Source: Bacteroidales bacterium
GTDB taxonomy: Bacteria > Bacteroidota > Bacteroidia > Bacteroidales > WCHB1-69
Direction: 5' to 3'
Length of the DNA: 64,000 nucleotides
NCBI GenBank assembly: GCA_963556065.3
Contig: CAUVYH020000004.1
Span: 36,928-100,927 of the forward strand
The number at the start of each line of letters is the position of its first letter. Positions within the stretch are counted from its first letter, which is position 1. Of this stretch, positions 20,394-30,082 are shown in pieces. The notes under the pieces are model-generated. The model ran no database searches. It was not told where the DNA came from and was given only the letters and a program-made list of their open reading frames with translations. The translations under genes and the position numbers were made by a program.

Positions 20394-21749
20394 TTAATCT
20401 AAATAAGTATATGAAAGTTCCAAACGAAGCGGTTTGGTTTTAGAAAGACCAATATTCGGGTGATAACCGGCAAAAACAAGTCTGTTTGCATATATTGCGC
20501 GCCCAGTTACAAGCATTGTTAAACCATAATCGGTATCTGAAGAGTTTATCAATTGCTGAACATAACGAGTAATTCTAAATCGATATTCATTTGTTGATGA
20601 GTTATAAATTCCTCCAAAGTAGTCAGAACCTTCCGTAACTGCATCATCCGGCAAAAACAAATATGTTCTAGATGCTGAATTTTTAACAATAGAAATTTGC
20701 TGTGGAACATAAAAGCCCTTCATGTTCGGTATTAGATTCGTAATCACCAATTCTGCCCGATTAATAATAACCCGTCTATTTTTAAATTGATCTCTAAGCG
20801 TGGGAAACTTAATATAAGTGTTAATCCCCCCTCCTGGTTGTAAATAGAGCTGATTAGCACCCAACAAAGTATCTTTATTTATGACTTGATTTCGAACTTG
20901 AGCAGAAGCATTACTATAATTCCGATGATTGAATTGGTTTACTCTTGCACAATCATCTTCTACCAATAAACGAAATGTTTGCGCAGTATCGGTATCGTTA
21001 TGGTAATAAAAGTACACGCCTGAAGTTGTGGACTTATTAATTCCCAAATACACCAAATGACCTAAACCTCTGGCGTCATCAGCAGTAATAAATAATCCTT
21101 TAAAATATGCTTTAAAAGCATCATTTCCTGCAATTTCCGGTTGCCCCGATTTATCAAAAATCTTTGCTTGCCCCCACCGATTGCTTAAACGAATACGAAA
21201 TTGTGCACCTGTAGTATCTGTAGCCGAGATAACAGGAGTAGATATCTGAGTAGTATAATACAGCGATGAATTATAGTTAATCGGTTTCCCGTAAGTGGGA
21301 TAAGAAGAAAACTGATAGTATGTGGAATCGTCAAACAGATTATTGGAAAGTTCATAAACTTTAAAGTTAACTCCAGCAGTAGTGTCGCCGTAAAAACCAC
21401 GATAAGAAATCACCAAAACCACTGAATCAAGAACCGGGTTATGTTCAAAATGAACGTCTCTGGATGGAAGATTAAACTGGGTTGCAAATCCGGCACTCAT
21501 CGTTCCAAAGTAGGGATCATTAATCCAACCTACAACATTTTGGCTCAGAGCCGAAGTCACAATACTATCTTCACGAATAGAGTATGCAATAATGTGTGTC
21601 GTGTCCGTAAAATTCGTTCCTAAGCGGTCTGATGGCGGTTGAACATCCAATCCAATAGAATCAGGCTCTTTTGTGCAACTTATTAAAGTTAAAGAAATTA
21701 ATACCACGATAAGCCGGGTACAAGATTTGAAAATATTCGTTTTATTCAA
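20394..21749 (-). CDS. DUF4270-like lipoprotein
   Basis: Lipobox LISC. Position between the short glycogen synthase and glmS matches the Bacteroidota synteny as I recall it. Confidence 0.55.
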   Translation of the reverse strand: MNKTNIFKSCTRLIVVLISLTLISCTKEPDSIGLDVQPPSDRLGTNFTDTTHIIAYSIREDSIVTSALSQNVVGWINDPYFGTMSAGFATQFNLPSRDVHFEHNPVLDSVVLVISYRGFYGDTTAGVNFKVYELSNNLFDDSTYYQFSSYPTYGKPINYNSSLYYTTQISTPVISATDTTGAQFRIRLSNRWGQAKIFDKSGQPEIAGNDAFKAYFKGLFITADDARGLGHLVYLGINKSTTSGVYFYYHNDTDTAQTFRLLVEDDCARVNQFNHRNYSNASAQVRNQVINKDTLLGANQLYLQPGGGINTYIKFPTLRDQFKNRRVIINRAELVITNLIPNMKGFYVPQQISIVKNSASRTYLFLPDDAVTEGSDYFGGIYNSSTNEYRFRITRYVQQLINSSDTDYGLTMLVTGRAIYANRLVFAGYHPNIGLSKTKPLRLELSYTYLD

Positions 21750-21776
21750 TGGAAAACTTATTAGTTGTTATGAGTT

Positions 21777-22604
21777 TTATTTAATTAACACGTTAGATGA
21801 CACCATTAGCTCGTCGTAAAAATCGTTGACCAAGTTTACAAAATTTTCCTCCGTGTTGTATGCCAACATTGGCTTTGATAACTGTGAAAGATAAGTGCGC
21901 ACTTCGGGATGAAGATTTTCGCTACCCACAATAAGTGCATCCGAAAAATCAGCAGCAGATTTCATAGTGGAAATATAGGTCGGTGTTTTAAAATGTTTCT
22001 GATCCGCCTGAGAAATCCCATCGAATACTAAATTATCAACAAAAGTAGGGCTTAAAGGTTCTGAAAACTCATCGTTATAAAACGAAAAAACCACCTTTGA
22101 TTCCGCAAAAAGCGGATTATCCTTAAACATTCTTTTCACATACAATGGAATGAGATGAGACATCCACCCGTGACAATGAATAATATCCGGAGCCCATCCT
22201 AGATTTTTAATGGTTTCTATTACGCCACGAGCAAAAAAGAGCGCACGTTCGTCATTGTTTGGGTAAAAAACTTCATTTTTATCGCGAAGAACTAATTTTT
22301 TATGGAAATATTCCTCATTGTCTATAAAATACACTTGAATACGAGCTGAAGGAAGCGATGCCACTTTGATAATCAACGGATGGTCCGTATCATTAATGAT
22401 AATATTCATTCCCGAAAGACGAATAACTTCGTGAAGCTGATTGCGACGTTCGTTGATACAACCGAAATTAGGCATAAAAAGCCGAATCTCTTTGCCTTTT
22501 TCAGAAATACCATAAGGAATTGATTTACAATTTTTTGCGATTTCACTTTCGCAGATGTAAGGGGAAATTTCTTGTGAAATGAACAACACTTTTGGTTTTG
22601 ACAT
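21777..22604 (-). CDS. short glycogen/starch synthase-like glycosyltransferase (GT5 N-terminal type)
   Basis: KVLFISQEISPY, HCHGWMSHLIPLY. ATG 22604 preferred. Confidence 0.7.
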   Translation of the reverse strand: MSKPKVLFISQEISPYICESEIAKNCKSIPYGISEKGKEIRLFMPNFGCINERRNQLHEVIRLSGMNIIINDTDHPLIIKVASLPSARIQVYFIDNEEYFHKKLVLRDKNEVFYPNNDERALFFARGVIETIKNLGWAPDIIHCHGWMSHLIPLYVKRMFKDNPLFAESKVVFSFYNDEFSEPLSPTFVDNLVFDGISQADQKHFKTPTYISTMKSAADFSDALIVGSENLHPEVRTYLSQLSKPMLAYNTEENFVNLVNDFYDELMVSSNVLIK

Positions 22605-23011
22605 AGCCTTATATTGCTTTATTCTATTGTTTTTTGCAAAGGTACTCATTTTTTTTCAATTATTCATCATTTTATTTTAGATAAATTCATCATTTCAGGC
22701 ATTGAAACTGAGTTTTATACCCCCTTTTTCTTGTATGAATCATAATTGAATTGATAGCATAACGAAAAAGAGATAAACGTATTGTCTTCGCATCAAAAAT
22801 TTCTTTTAGGTTTGATGCCGGATCTATTCAATGAATCATTTAATTTTCTTTGCAAAAGCTAAAAAACTCATCCCGAAACAATCCCGGCTTAACGAAGAGA
22901 AACATCTGACAAAAGCAACACCTTTTGCAACAATTTAGAAAAATAATAAAAAGCACAAAACAAAAGTTGCAAATTTCATCCAATATCCTAAAAAAATATA
23001 CAAAAAAATCA

Positions 23012-23041
23012 TTGGATAACCCAAAAAAAAATCTAATTTTG
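23012..23041 (+). promoter_or_regulatory. candidate Bacteroidota promoter (-33 TTG, -7 TAATTTTG) for the 1077-aa oxidoreductase
   Basis: TTG at 23012-23014, a 19-nt spacer containing an A9 run, and TAATTTTG at 23034-23041, 49 nt before the ATG. Confidence 0.35.
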
Positions 23042-23089
23042 CGGTAATTTGATTCGTAGCAATAATGAAAAAATTAAATAGTAAAAGGT

Positions 23090-26000
23090 ATGTATAAAAT
23101 AACTAAACATCCTATTTTGGATATCCCTCAAAACGAGGAAATTAGTTTCCAATTTAACGGACAAAAAATCATTGGACAAAAAGGATATACTATTGCCGCT
23201 GCACTTCATCAGGCAGGACATCCTGTTCACAGCCACAGCATTGATCATCGCGAGCGTAGTTTGGAATGCGGTATTGGTAAGTGCGGAGCGTGTGAAATGC
23301 TTGTTGACGGTCAAATTAAAAGAATTTGCATCACACTCGTGGATGGAGTTAAAGAAGTTGCGGAAATTCCGGCAGAATATGCACCAAAAGTCTCTAAATA
23401 CCCTGCTGAAAAAGCTCTAAAAATTTACAAAACCCAAGTGGTGATTATCGGTGCCGGCCCTGCAGGTTTAGCTTGCCGGGAAATATTAAACCAACATCAA
23501 ATTAAAAACATTGTTATCGACAACAATGCCACTATTGGGGGACAATTCAATATGCAAACGCACCAGTTTTTCTTTTTCGAAAAAGAAAAAAAATATGGTG
23601 GAATGCGTGGATTTGACATCGCAAAAACGCTTGCCGGAGATAATCACGAAGGAATTCTTTTGAACTCCACCGTATGGGATATTCTCGAAGGTAAGCGCAT
23701 CGCCGTAAAAAACATCTTAACCGATGAAATTTATTATATTGATGCCGATTATATTGTAACGGCAACCGGTGCCGTTCCTTTTGTTCCTGCATTCGAAAAC
23801 GATGATATACCCGGAGTATATACCGCTGCTGTTTTTCAAAAAATGATGAATGTTGAACATACATTATTGGGTAAAAACGTACTGACTGTTGGTGCTGGAA
23901 ATATCGGCTATCTTACATCCTACCAAGGTTATCAGGCCGGAGCAAACATTAAGGCAATTATCGAAGCACAACCTAATGAAGGCGGATTTCCGGTTCAAGC
24001 AAACAGAGTCCGCCGCTTAGGAATTCCGGTGTTAACCTCTCATATTTTATTAAAAGCCATTCCTAACGAAAAGCATGATGGCATTATCGGTGCCGTAGTT
24101 GCCAAGTGTGAAAACTTTAACCCAATCCCAGGCACCGAACAGATTATTGATGGCATCGACATTATTAATATTTGCACGGGGCTCGTTCCCGACGACCAAA
24201 TTCTAATCAAGAGCAAGCAGGTATTCGGCATGCAATCGTACGGAGTTGGAGATGCTATCCGAATCGGTGAAGGGACTAGTGCAGTACTTCGCGGCAAACA
24301 AGCCGCTTTGGAAATTGCATTGGCAATAGGCGCACGGGTTAATTACGATAATTATTTGGAATTATCCAAGGAATACATTGATTCTCAACAACATCCGATC
24401 CGTGTAATCGAAAAACCTTTTTTGCCCACAAAAGAACGCATGAACCAAAAAGGATTTGTTCAAATTGACTGTCTGTATGGATTTGCATGCAATCCTTGTC
24501 AGTTTGCCTGCCCACACGGAGCGATTACCAAATCGTCAACAAGCACTGTTCCTCACATTGATTTTGATAAATGTATCGGATGTATGGAATGTGTTTATCA
24601 ATGTCCCGGACTAGCCATTTTTGGATACAACCTTCAAAAAGACTGGTTATTTCTGCCTATCGAATATGAAGCAAACGAAGGTGCAGAAGTCTTTTTGATC
24701 GATAATAATGGGAAAAAACTGGGTGAAGGAATAATTGAAAAGATCCTTAAAAAACCAAACAAGACAAATATTGCCAGAGTAAAATCAACTTCGTTGCATG
24801 GAGAAGACTTAGTCTCAGTCAGAGGCTTTATTGTTAAAGAAAACTATCCTGAGCCTTTCAAAACAAAATCATTATCTGATGATATTAATTCTGAAATGTA
24901 TGTTTGCCATTGCGATGATGTAAAAATCGACGAAATTTTAGCCGTTATCGGTGATCGTAAGTTTCTTTCGGTTGACGAGCTAAAGCACACCACCCGCTTA
25001 GGCATGGGACCTTGCAGAGGAAAACGCTGTATTCCCAGAGTTAAACAGATGCTACGTCCACTTGGAATTTCAATTATTGGAGATGCAACTCCTCGCGGTC
25101 CTTTATCGAATCAAATTAACATGGGATCAACCTATCCAAACGATAAAAACGAGCAAATTATCACAAACATTCAAGGAAAACCGACCAAGCGCATAGAAGT
25201 TCCCGTACTCATTGCCGGTGGTGGCATCACCGGAAGCGGATTACTCCGTTATTTTGCTGAAGCGGGATTAAAGCCGGTATTAGTAAATCAGGATCGCGGT
25301 GCTTCATGGAGAAATATTGCCGGTGGCCGTCCTGCATTCTCGGTTCCCGAAATTTCAGATATTGCACGCCACAATCTCGAACTATTTAAAGACATTCAAT
25401 CCAAACATAACATTGATTTTAAACCGACCAGATATGTCAGTTTTGCACATGACGAAGCCACATATAAAGCATTGGATGCTTCAAAAGCATGGTCGGATGC
25501 CTATATGATTGATCCAACGGATTTCAAAAAAGAGATTTCTCCTTTATTTAATCCGAACCTTAAAACATATATCGCTGCGCAGATTACTAATGATTGCTGG
25601 CAAGCTACTCCGGGAAGAACAATCGACTATATTAGAAGTGCCGGAATTAAAGCAGGCGGTACAATGCTGGAAGACAGTGAGTTGATCAATGTTTGCAAAG
25701 AAGGAAATAAATTCGTCGCACTGGTATATAACCACGATAAAGAATATGTGGAGTATGTTTGCGATCATTTTGTAAATGCTTTGGGATGGAATGCTGAAAA
25801 ATTCGCAAGCAAACTCGGAATTGAAACAGGATTGTTCCCTGTAAAACATCAAGCATTCATCACTCGTCGATTGCCGTTAATGGGTAAAAATGGAGATTCT
25901 TTAGATATGCTCATCGACCGTCGCCACTACAAAGGTTTTTCGGCGGTATATGGACAGCAATTACACGATACAGGCCAGATTATTGGTTGTGCATCGCCAG

Positions 26001-26323
26001 GCTTTGATGCGATTGAAACCGGAAAGAATCTTAAAGTTAACAGTAAAGAATTCCTCGAAATTGTTTCGGAAGTCTTTGTCGATTGGATTCCAGATTTATC
26101 TTCTGTTGGCTTCCAAGCCGTGTGGTCCGGATATTACACAGAGCCACGCTACATTATTGATCCCGAATTAGGATTAATGACCGGACTTCGTGGCCATGGG
26201 TTTATGCTGGGACAATATTTAGCCAAACTATATGTAGATAAATATCTTGGCAAAGAAGTTCCAACCTATATGGATCGGCTGAAATTATCGGGAGACGGTT
26301 TAAGCGAAAATGCGTTTAAATAG
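23090..26323 (+). CDS. multidomain oxidoreductase: 2Fe-2S + pyridine-nucleotide-disulfide reductase + 2x[4Fe-4S] + BFD-like 2Fe-2S + DAO-type FAD oxidase
   Basis: ECGIGKCGAC..C; VVIIGAGPAGLA and LTVGAGNIGY Rossmann motifs; CNPCQFACPHG and CIGCMECVYQCP; CHCDDV...GMGPCRGKRC; VLIAGGGITGSG. Confidence 0.75.
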   Translation: MYKITKHPILDIPQNEEISFQFNGQKIIGQKGYTIAAALHQAGHPVHSHSIDHRERSLECGIGKCGACEMLVDGQIKRICITLVDGVKEVAEIPAEYAPKVSKYPAEKALKIYKTQVVIIGAGPAGLACREILNQHQIKNIVIDNNATIGGQFNMQTHQFFFFEKEKKYGGMRGFDIAKTLAGDNHEGILLNSTVWDILEGKRIAVKNILTDEIYYIDADYIVTATGAVPFVPAFENDDIPGVYTAAVFQKMMNVEHTLLGKNVLTVGAGNIGYLTSYQGYQAGANIKAIIEAQPNEGGFPVQANRVRRLGIPVLTSHILLKAIPNEKHDGIIGAVVAKCENFNPIPGTEQIIDGIDIINICTGLVPDDQILIKSKQVFGMQSYGVGDAIRIGEGTSAVLRGKQAALEIALAIGARVNYDNYLELSKEYIDSQQHPIRVIEKPFLPTKERMNQKGFVQIDCLYGFACNPCQFACPHGAITKSSTSTVPHIDFDKCIGCMECVYQCPGLAIFGYNLQKDWLFLPIEYEANEGAEVFLIDNNGKKLGEGIIEKILKKPNKTNIARVKSTSLHGEDLVSVRGFIVKENYPEPFKTKSLSDDINSEMYVCHCDDVKIDEILAVIGDRKFLSVDELKHTTRLGMGPCRGKRCIPRVKQMLRPLGISIIGDATPRGPLSNQINMGSTYPNDKNEQIITNIQGKPTKRIEVPVLIAGGGITGSGLLRYFAEAGLKPVLVNQDRGASWRNIAGGRPAFSVPEISDIARHNLELFKDIQSKHNIDFKPTRYVSFAHDEATYKALDASKAWSDAYMIDPTDFKKEISPLFNPNLKTYIAAQITNDCWQATPGRTIDYIRSAGIKAGGTMLEDSELINVCKEGNKFVALVYNHDKEYVEYVCDHFVNALGWNAEKFASKLGIETGLFPVKHQAFITRRLPLMGKNGDSLDMLIDRRHYKGFSAVYGQQLHDTGQIIGCASPGFDAIETGKNLKVNSKEFLEIVSEVFVDWIPDLSSVGFQAVWSGYYTEPRYIIDPELGLMTGLRGHGFMLGQYLAKLYVDKYLGKEVPTYMDRLKLSGDGLSENAFK

Positions 26324-26348
26324 ACCATTCTTTATAACCACAAAAAAA

Positions 26349-26379
26349 ACTCCGAAGATTACTTTGGAGTTTTTTTTTA
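26349..26379 (+). terminator. rho-independent terminator
   Basis: AACTCCGAAGattaCTTTGGAGTT followed by a T9 run. Confidence 0.65.
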
Positions 26380-26541
26380 TATTAATGTATAATAACTATC
26401 TCTGGATCACTCTCAAAAGCAGGCAAAAAATTCTCCTAAAAAAGTCATGTAAGTAATTAAAGAGTTGGAAAAAAATTATTTTCAATTTTATAAAAGGTTC
26501 TACTCCCCTGAAAAATTAAAACTGATGACTATTTCATCTGT

Positions 26542-27598
26542 TCATTCAGCTGAGCCTGCTCGCGACAACCGATAGGTAAGTTGATTAATATATGACAAAT
26601 CAGACTTAACATTATAATTGGTGTAAGCTTTCTTCGCCCAATCAATGGCCACCTGAAGTTCCCCCTCCATTTCCGCAGCAAGTGCCATATTGTGACCAAG
26701 CTCTGCCTGCAATTTTCGGATCAAGGGAGGTCGTGTATTTCGACCAGACTTTGGCAGCACCTTTCCAATCATTAAGTTTAACATACTTTTTTGCTTCTTT
26801 AAATTGGTCATTGCCTTTTAACATAATAATATCGGGACACCCATACCCAATTGGGAGAAATCCTAACGGGCAAACATCTCCTCCTGCATATCTTCCCGCA
26901 TTATTTATACACGACCGTTTTTGAAGGCAAATTACTGCGCGCTGCAGATTCCGTAGGACCTCGGTTCGCATGCCATCCCTGCTCATCCGTAAATACATTT
27001 TGATCTATTATTTTCTTATTTTTATAGTCATAAATTCGCCAACCAGCATTTACTCGGATCCTTCAAATCGCCTCCAAAATTCAACTACACTAACGGTCTT
27101 TCCATCTTTGGTTTGATTTCTAACACCGGAGCCTCCAGTAATGCGATCAAATCGGAATCAAATGTTTCGAGTGCAACAATTGCATCTACATTATATTTTT
27201 TACACAACATTTCCACCTGCGGCCATTCAAGCGGAAGCGGAAATTGCTTGGTTCCCGTTCCTCTAAAATCTTCGGAAGTAAGCACCATAGATTTTAAAGC
27301 GAGGAGAGTTGTTTAATTTATTAGAACACGCCATCCAAGGTGGCATACGAAGCTTCTTTATCTGCAAAAATTGACTCCTCCGGAAATAAAAACCCTCCAA
27401 AAAATTTCCGAGTCTGTTCTCTTTTGAAGGTAAGGAATAATTGAGTAAACCGATTGTTGAAATTTCCTGAGGAACATTAATCTGGGCAGGAACAAGCACC
27501 TGAACTCTTAAAGAAGGAGGTTTTGCAAGAAGTTAAAACCGATACTCGTTAACAAGGTTAAAAGCAGGATTGAGCTAAAATTGGTAATTCTTTTTCAT
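26542..27598 (-). pseudogene. lipoprotein with TPR-like C-terminus, at least 5 frame breaks
   Basis: Fragments in 3 frames: MKKNYQF / SSILLLTLLTSIGF / VLVPAQINVPQEIS... / EDFRGTGTKQFPLPLEWPQVEMLCKKYNVDAIVALETFDSD / KGNDQFKEAKKYVKLNDWKGAAKVW / NMALAAEMEGELQVAIDWAKKAY. Confidence 0.5.
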
Positions 27599-27778
27599 AC
27601 TCATATTTTTTTTGTGATTGAGAAAATAAATCAAAAATTAAGCCATTGACAAATACTCAATATACATTAGTAAAACAACAAAAGTAGATATAATTTTATA
27701 TCTTTGCTTAATAAAAATCGATTTTACAATATTTTTGTCAAATGCTGTAAGAAAAAGACAAACTTAAATATAAAACCT

Positions 27779-28428
27779 ATGAAACGCATACTTATCACGC
27801 TTCTATTTATTACCCAACTACTTTCGTCGCAAGCTCAAGATTCAAAACCGGCCGAAAACATCAATCCACATTTTGTTGCAATTCACTTTGCTCCTGTCCT
27901 TCGAAAGTATTAAACAATTAGAAACAGGATATGGAACATCTTTTAGAAGGTGCCTATTTCTTGAATGAATGGTTTGGCATTGGGGGAATTCTCAGATATA
28001 GCATGCATCCGTATTCATATACTAATTTTAAGTCGTCGGGAGATGCCCAACAACTTGGTTTTTCCGCAAATATCTTTATCCATAAGATTTTTCTCAACGA
28101 CAAAATATCTATTACTCCTAGCATCGGGGGTCGGTCTTTCGTCAACTTCGTTCCCAACAGGTACGCTCACGAAGACTCAACGCAAAGAAACCGCTCCCCG
28201 GAGTTTACTCGAATATCGATACTTTAATTTCTATTGATGCCATGAACACAGCCGGTTTTATGTATAACATTTTAAGCCTTGATGTAAATTATCAATTCAA
28301 ACAGAACATGTCGGTGGGACTAAAACTTGATTATCAAATTTCCGTGTCGGATAAATGGCCAGACGAAACCTTGGGCGATTTTTTTCAGCATCGGAGTCGG
28401 ATACACCTATTTTTTCGGACTAAAATAA
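27779..28428 (+). pseudogene. small outer-membrane beta-barrel protein, at least 3 frame breaks
   Basis: Signal peptide MKRILITLLFITQLLSSQAQ. Pieces lie in three frames. The corrected C-terminus is DFFSIGVGYTYFFGLK, after a break in the T-run 28380-28386. Confidence 0.4.
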
Positions 28429-28746
28429 CCCGATTAGTTATATAGCCCTCTCTTTCCAATCAGAAATTTGTAAAAACCTGTCATTTTGAACGAAACGTAG
28501 TGGGGGATAAAATTTCAACCGCCTATGGAGGCCTCACTATTGAAAATTATTTTTTATCGGGCAATGATGATTTTATTATTTAATCCTAAGCTCACGTTAA
28601 CTTATTAATTCCATGTCGTTTTGTAACATGCTACTGCTTATCGTTAAATAAACATTTATGAGTAAGAGTAAGCGCTAAAATCACAAAATTTAATCCGAGA
28701 GGCTAAATAGCCATGCTTCCTTTTCCATTTAAAAGCAGCATTATTC

Positions 28747-28775
28747 AAAAAAAGCAGGATTTCTCCTGCTTTTTT
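28747..28775. terminator. bidirectional hairpin terminator
   Basis: aaaaaaAGCAGGAtttcTCCTGCTttttt. Confidence 0.6.
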
Positions 28776-28808
28776 AATTAGCTTATATGAAAAAAATACA
28801 TGAAAAAA

Positions 28809-29798
28809 TTACTTTTGAAGATATTTTACAATTTGAATTTCACCGGTAGCCGTATTCTTAAACTGAAGAATATATAACCCTGCAGTTAAGTCAGGAAGAG
28901 ATATTGTTGCATCTGATAGTTGCTGGTTGAAAACCGTGTTTCCAGATGCTGCAACAACGGTTAACTCATATAATTCAGGAGAAGTTGCAGTAAATGTAAT
29001 TATCGAAGTAGAGTTTGGATTTGGATATACTTCCGCTTTTGAACTATTTCTAACAACAGAAGCTATAGATATTGGCTTAGAGCATACTGAAGTTCCGTCG
29101 AAATCAGTTTGTCTAAGTCTGTAGTATTTTACATCATTCGACACATATTGATCGACAAATGAATAATCGAGCTTCTGATTGCTGTTTCCTGCACCTTTTA
29201 CCTTGGCAACAAATTCATAATCAATCCCATTTGAAGAACGTTCAATGGTAAAATAATCATTATTGGTTTCCGAAGCCGTGCTCCAGAATAAATCCATTGA
29301 ATTACCATTTCTTTTTCCTTCAAAACTTATCAGTTCTATTGGTAGTGAACTTACTAAAATTGTCACATATTGATGAGGAATTCCAGGACCTTCGATTTCA
29401 ATAACTACTTTTTAAAATTTATTGTTTCTAAAGTAACCGTTTTACAATCATTACTTGATGTCCAAGCATGAACATCTGTTTGACTTGAACCACTGGATTG
29501 CTTGTTCGGAATATCAAAAAACATTGATTGACTTCCCGTTACAATAGTTCCCTGTAATGTGTATAATGATTTGGGGAGTGTTTCTACCGGTAAATTCTAC
29601 CGCATAATCAAAGGAGATATCATAATTATACCCCCATTTACAATTATTTCCATAAGGCAAAACAGATTTTGGTGCTACGGTAATTTTTACACTATAACCG
29701 TTTGTCGATTCTACTACAGCTTGTTGACTGCTAGCAGTCCAAATAAATCCGATGCTTAATAAGATGATTAAATTTATTTTTCTGATCATATTTTTCAT
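28809..29798 (-). pseudogene. T9SS-sorted secreted protein, at least 2 frame breaks
   Basis: N-terminal piece with signal peptide (ORF 29514..29849, ATG 29798). The C-terminal piece 28809..29366 ends in a T9SS CTD (VYPNPNSTSII...GLYILQFKNTATGEIQIVKYLQK). Confidence 0.6.
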
Positions 29799-30082
29799 TT
29801 CAATGTTTTTTTTTGATTTTCGGGAGCGCATTGACAAATCACATACCAAATTTCAATCTTATCATTAATTGAAATAATCATAAAATTACAAAATTGAGAA
29901 AAATCAATTCAAAATGAAAAACACTAACACGTTTTAGGTAATTAAATAGATAAATAAAGCATCTATTTTAAATATAAATAGCATGACGCAAAAAAACAGC
30001 ATCAAAATATCTTTTATAAATAACAAAAAAATACAATAATTCTAAGAAACACAGTGTAAGAATTCTGATCGCATATCAAAAA

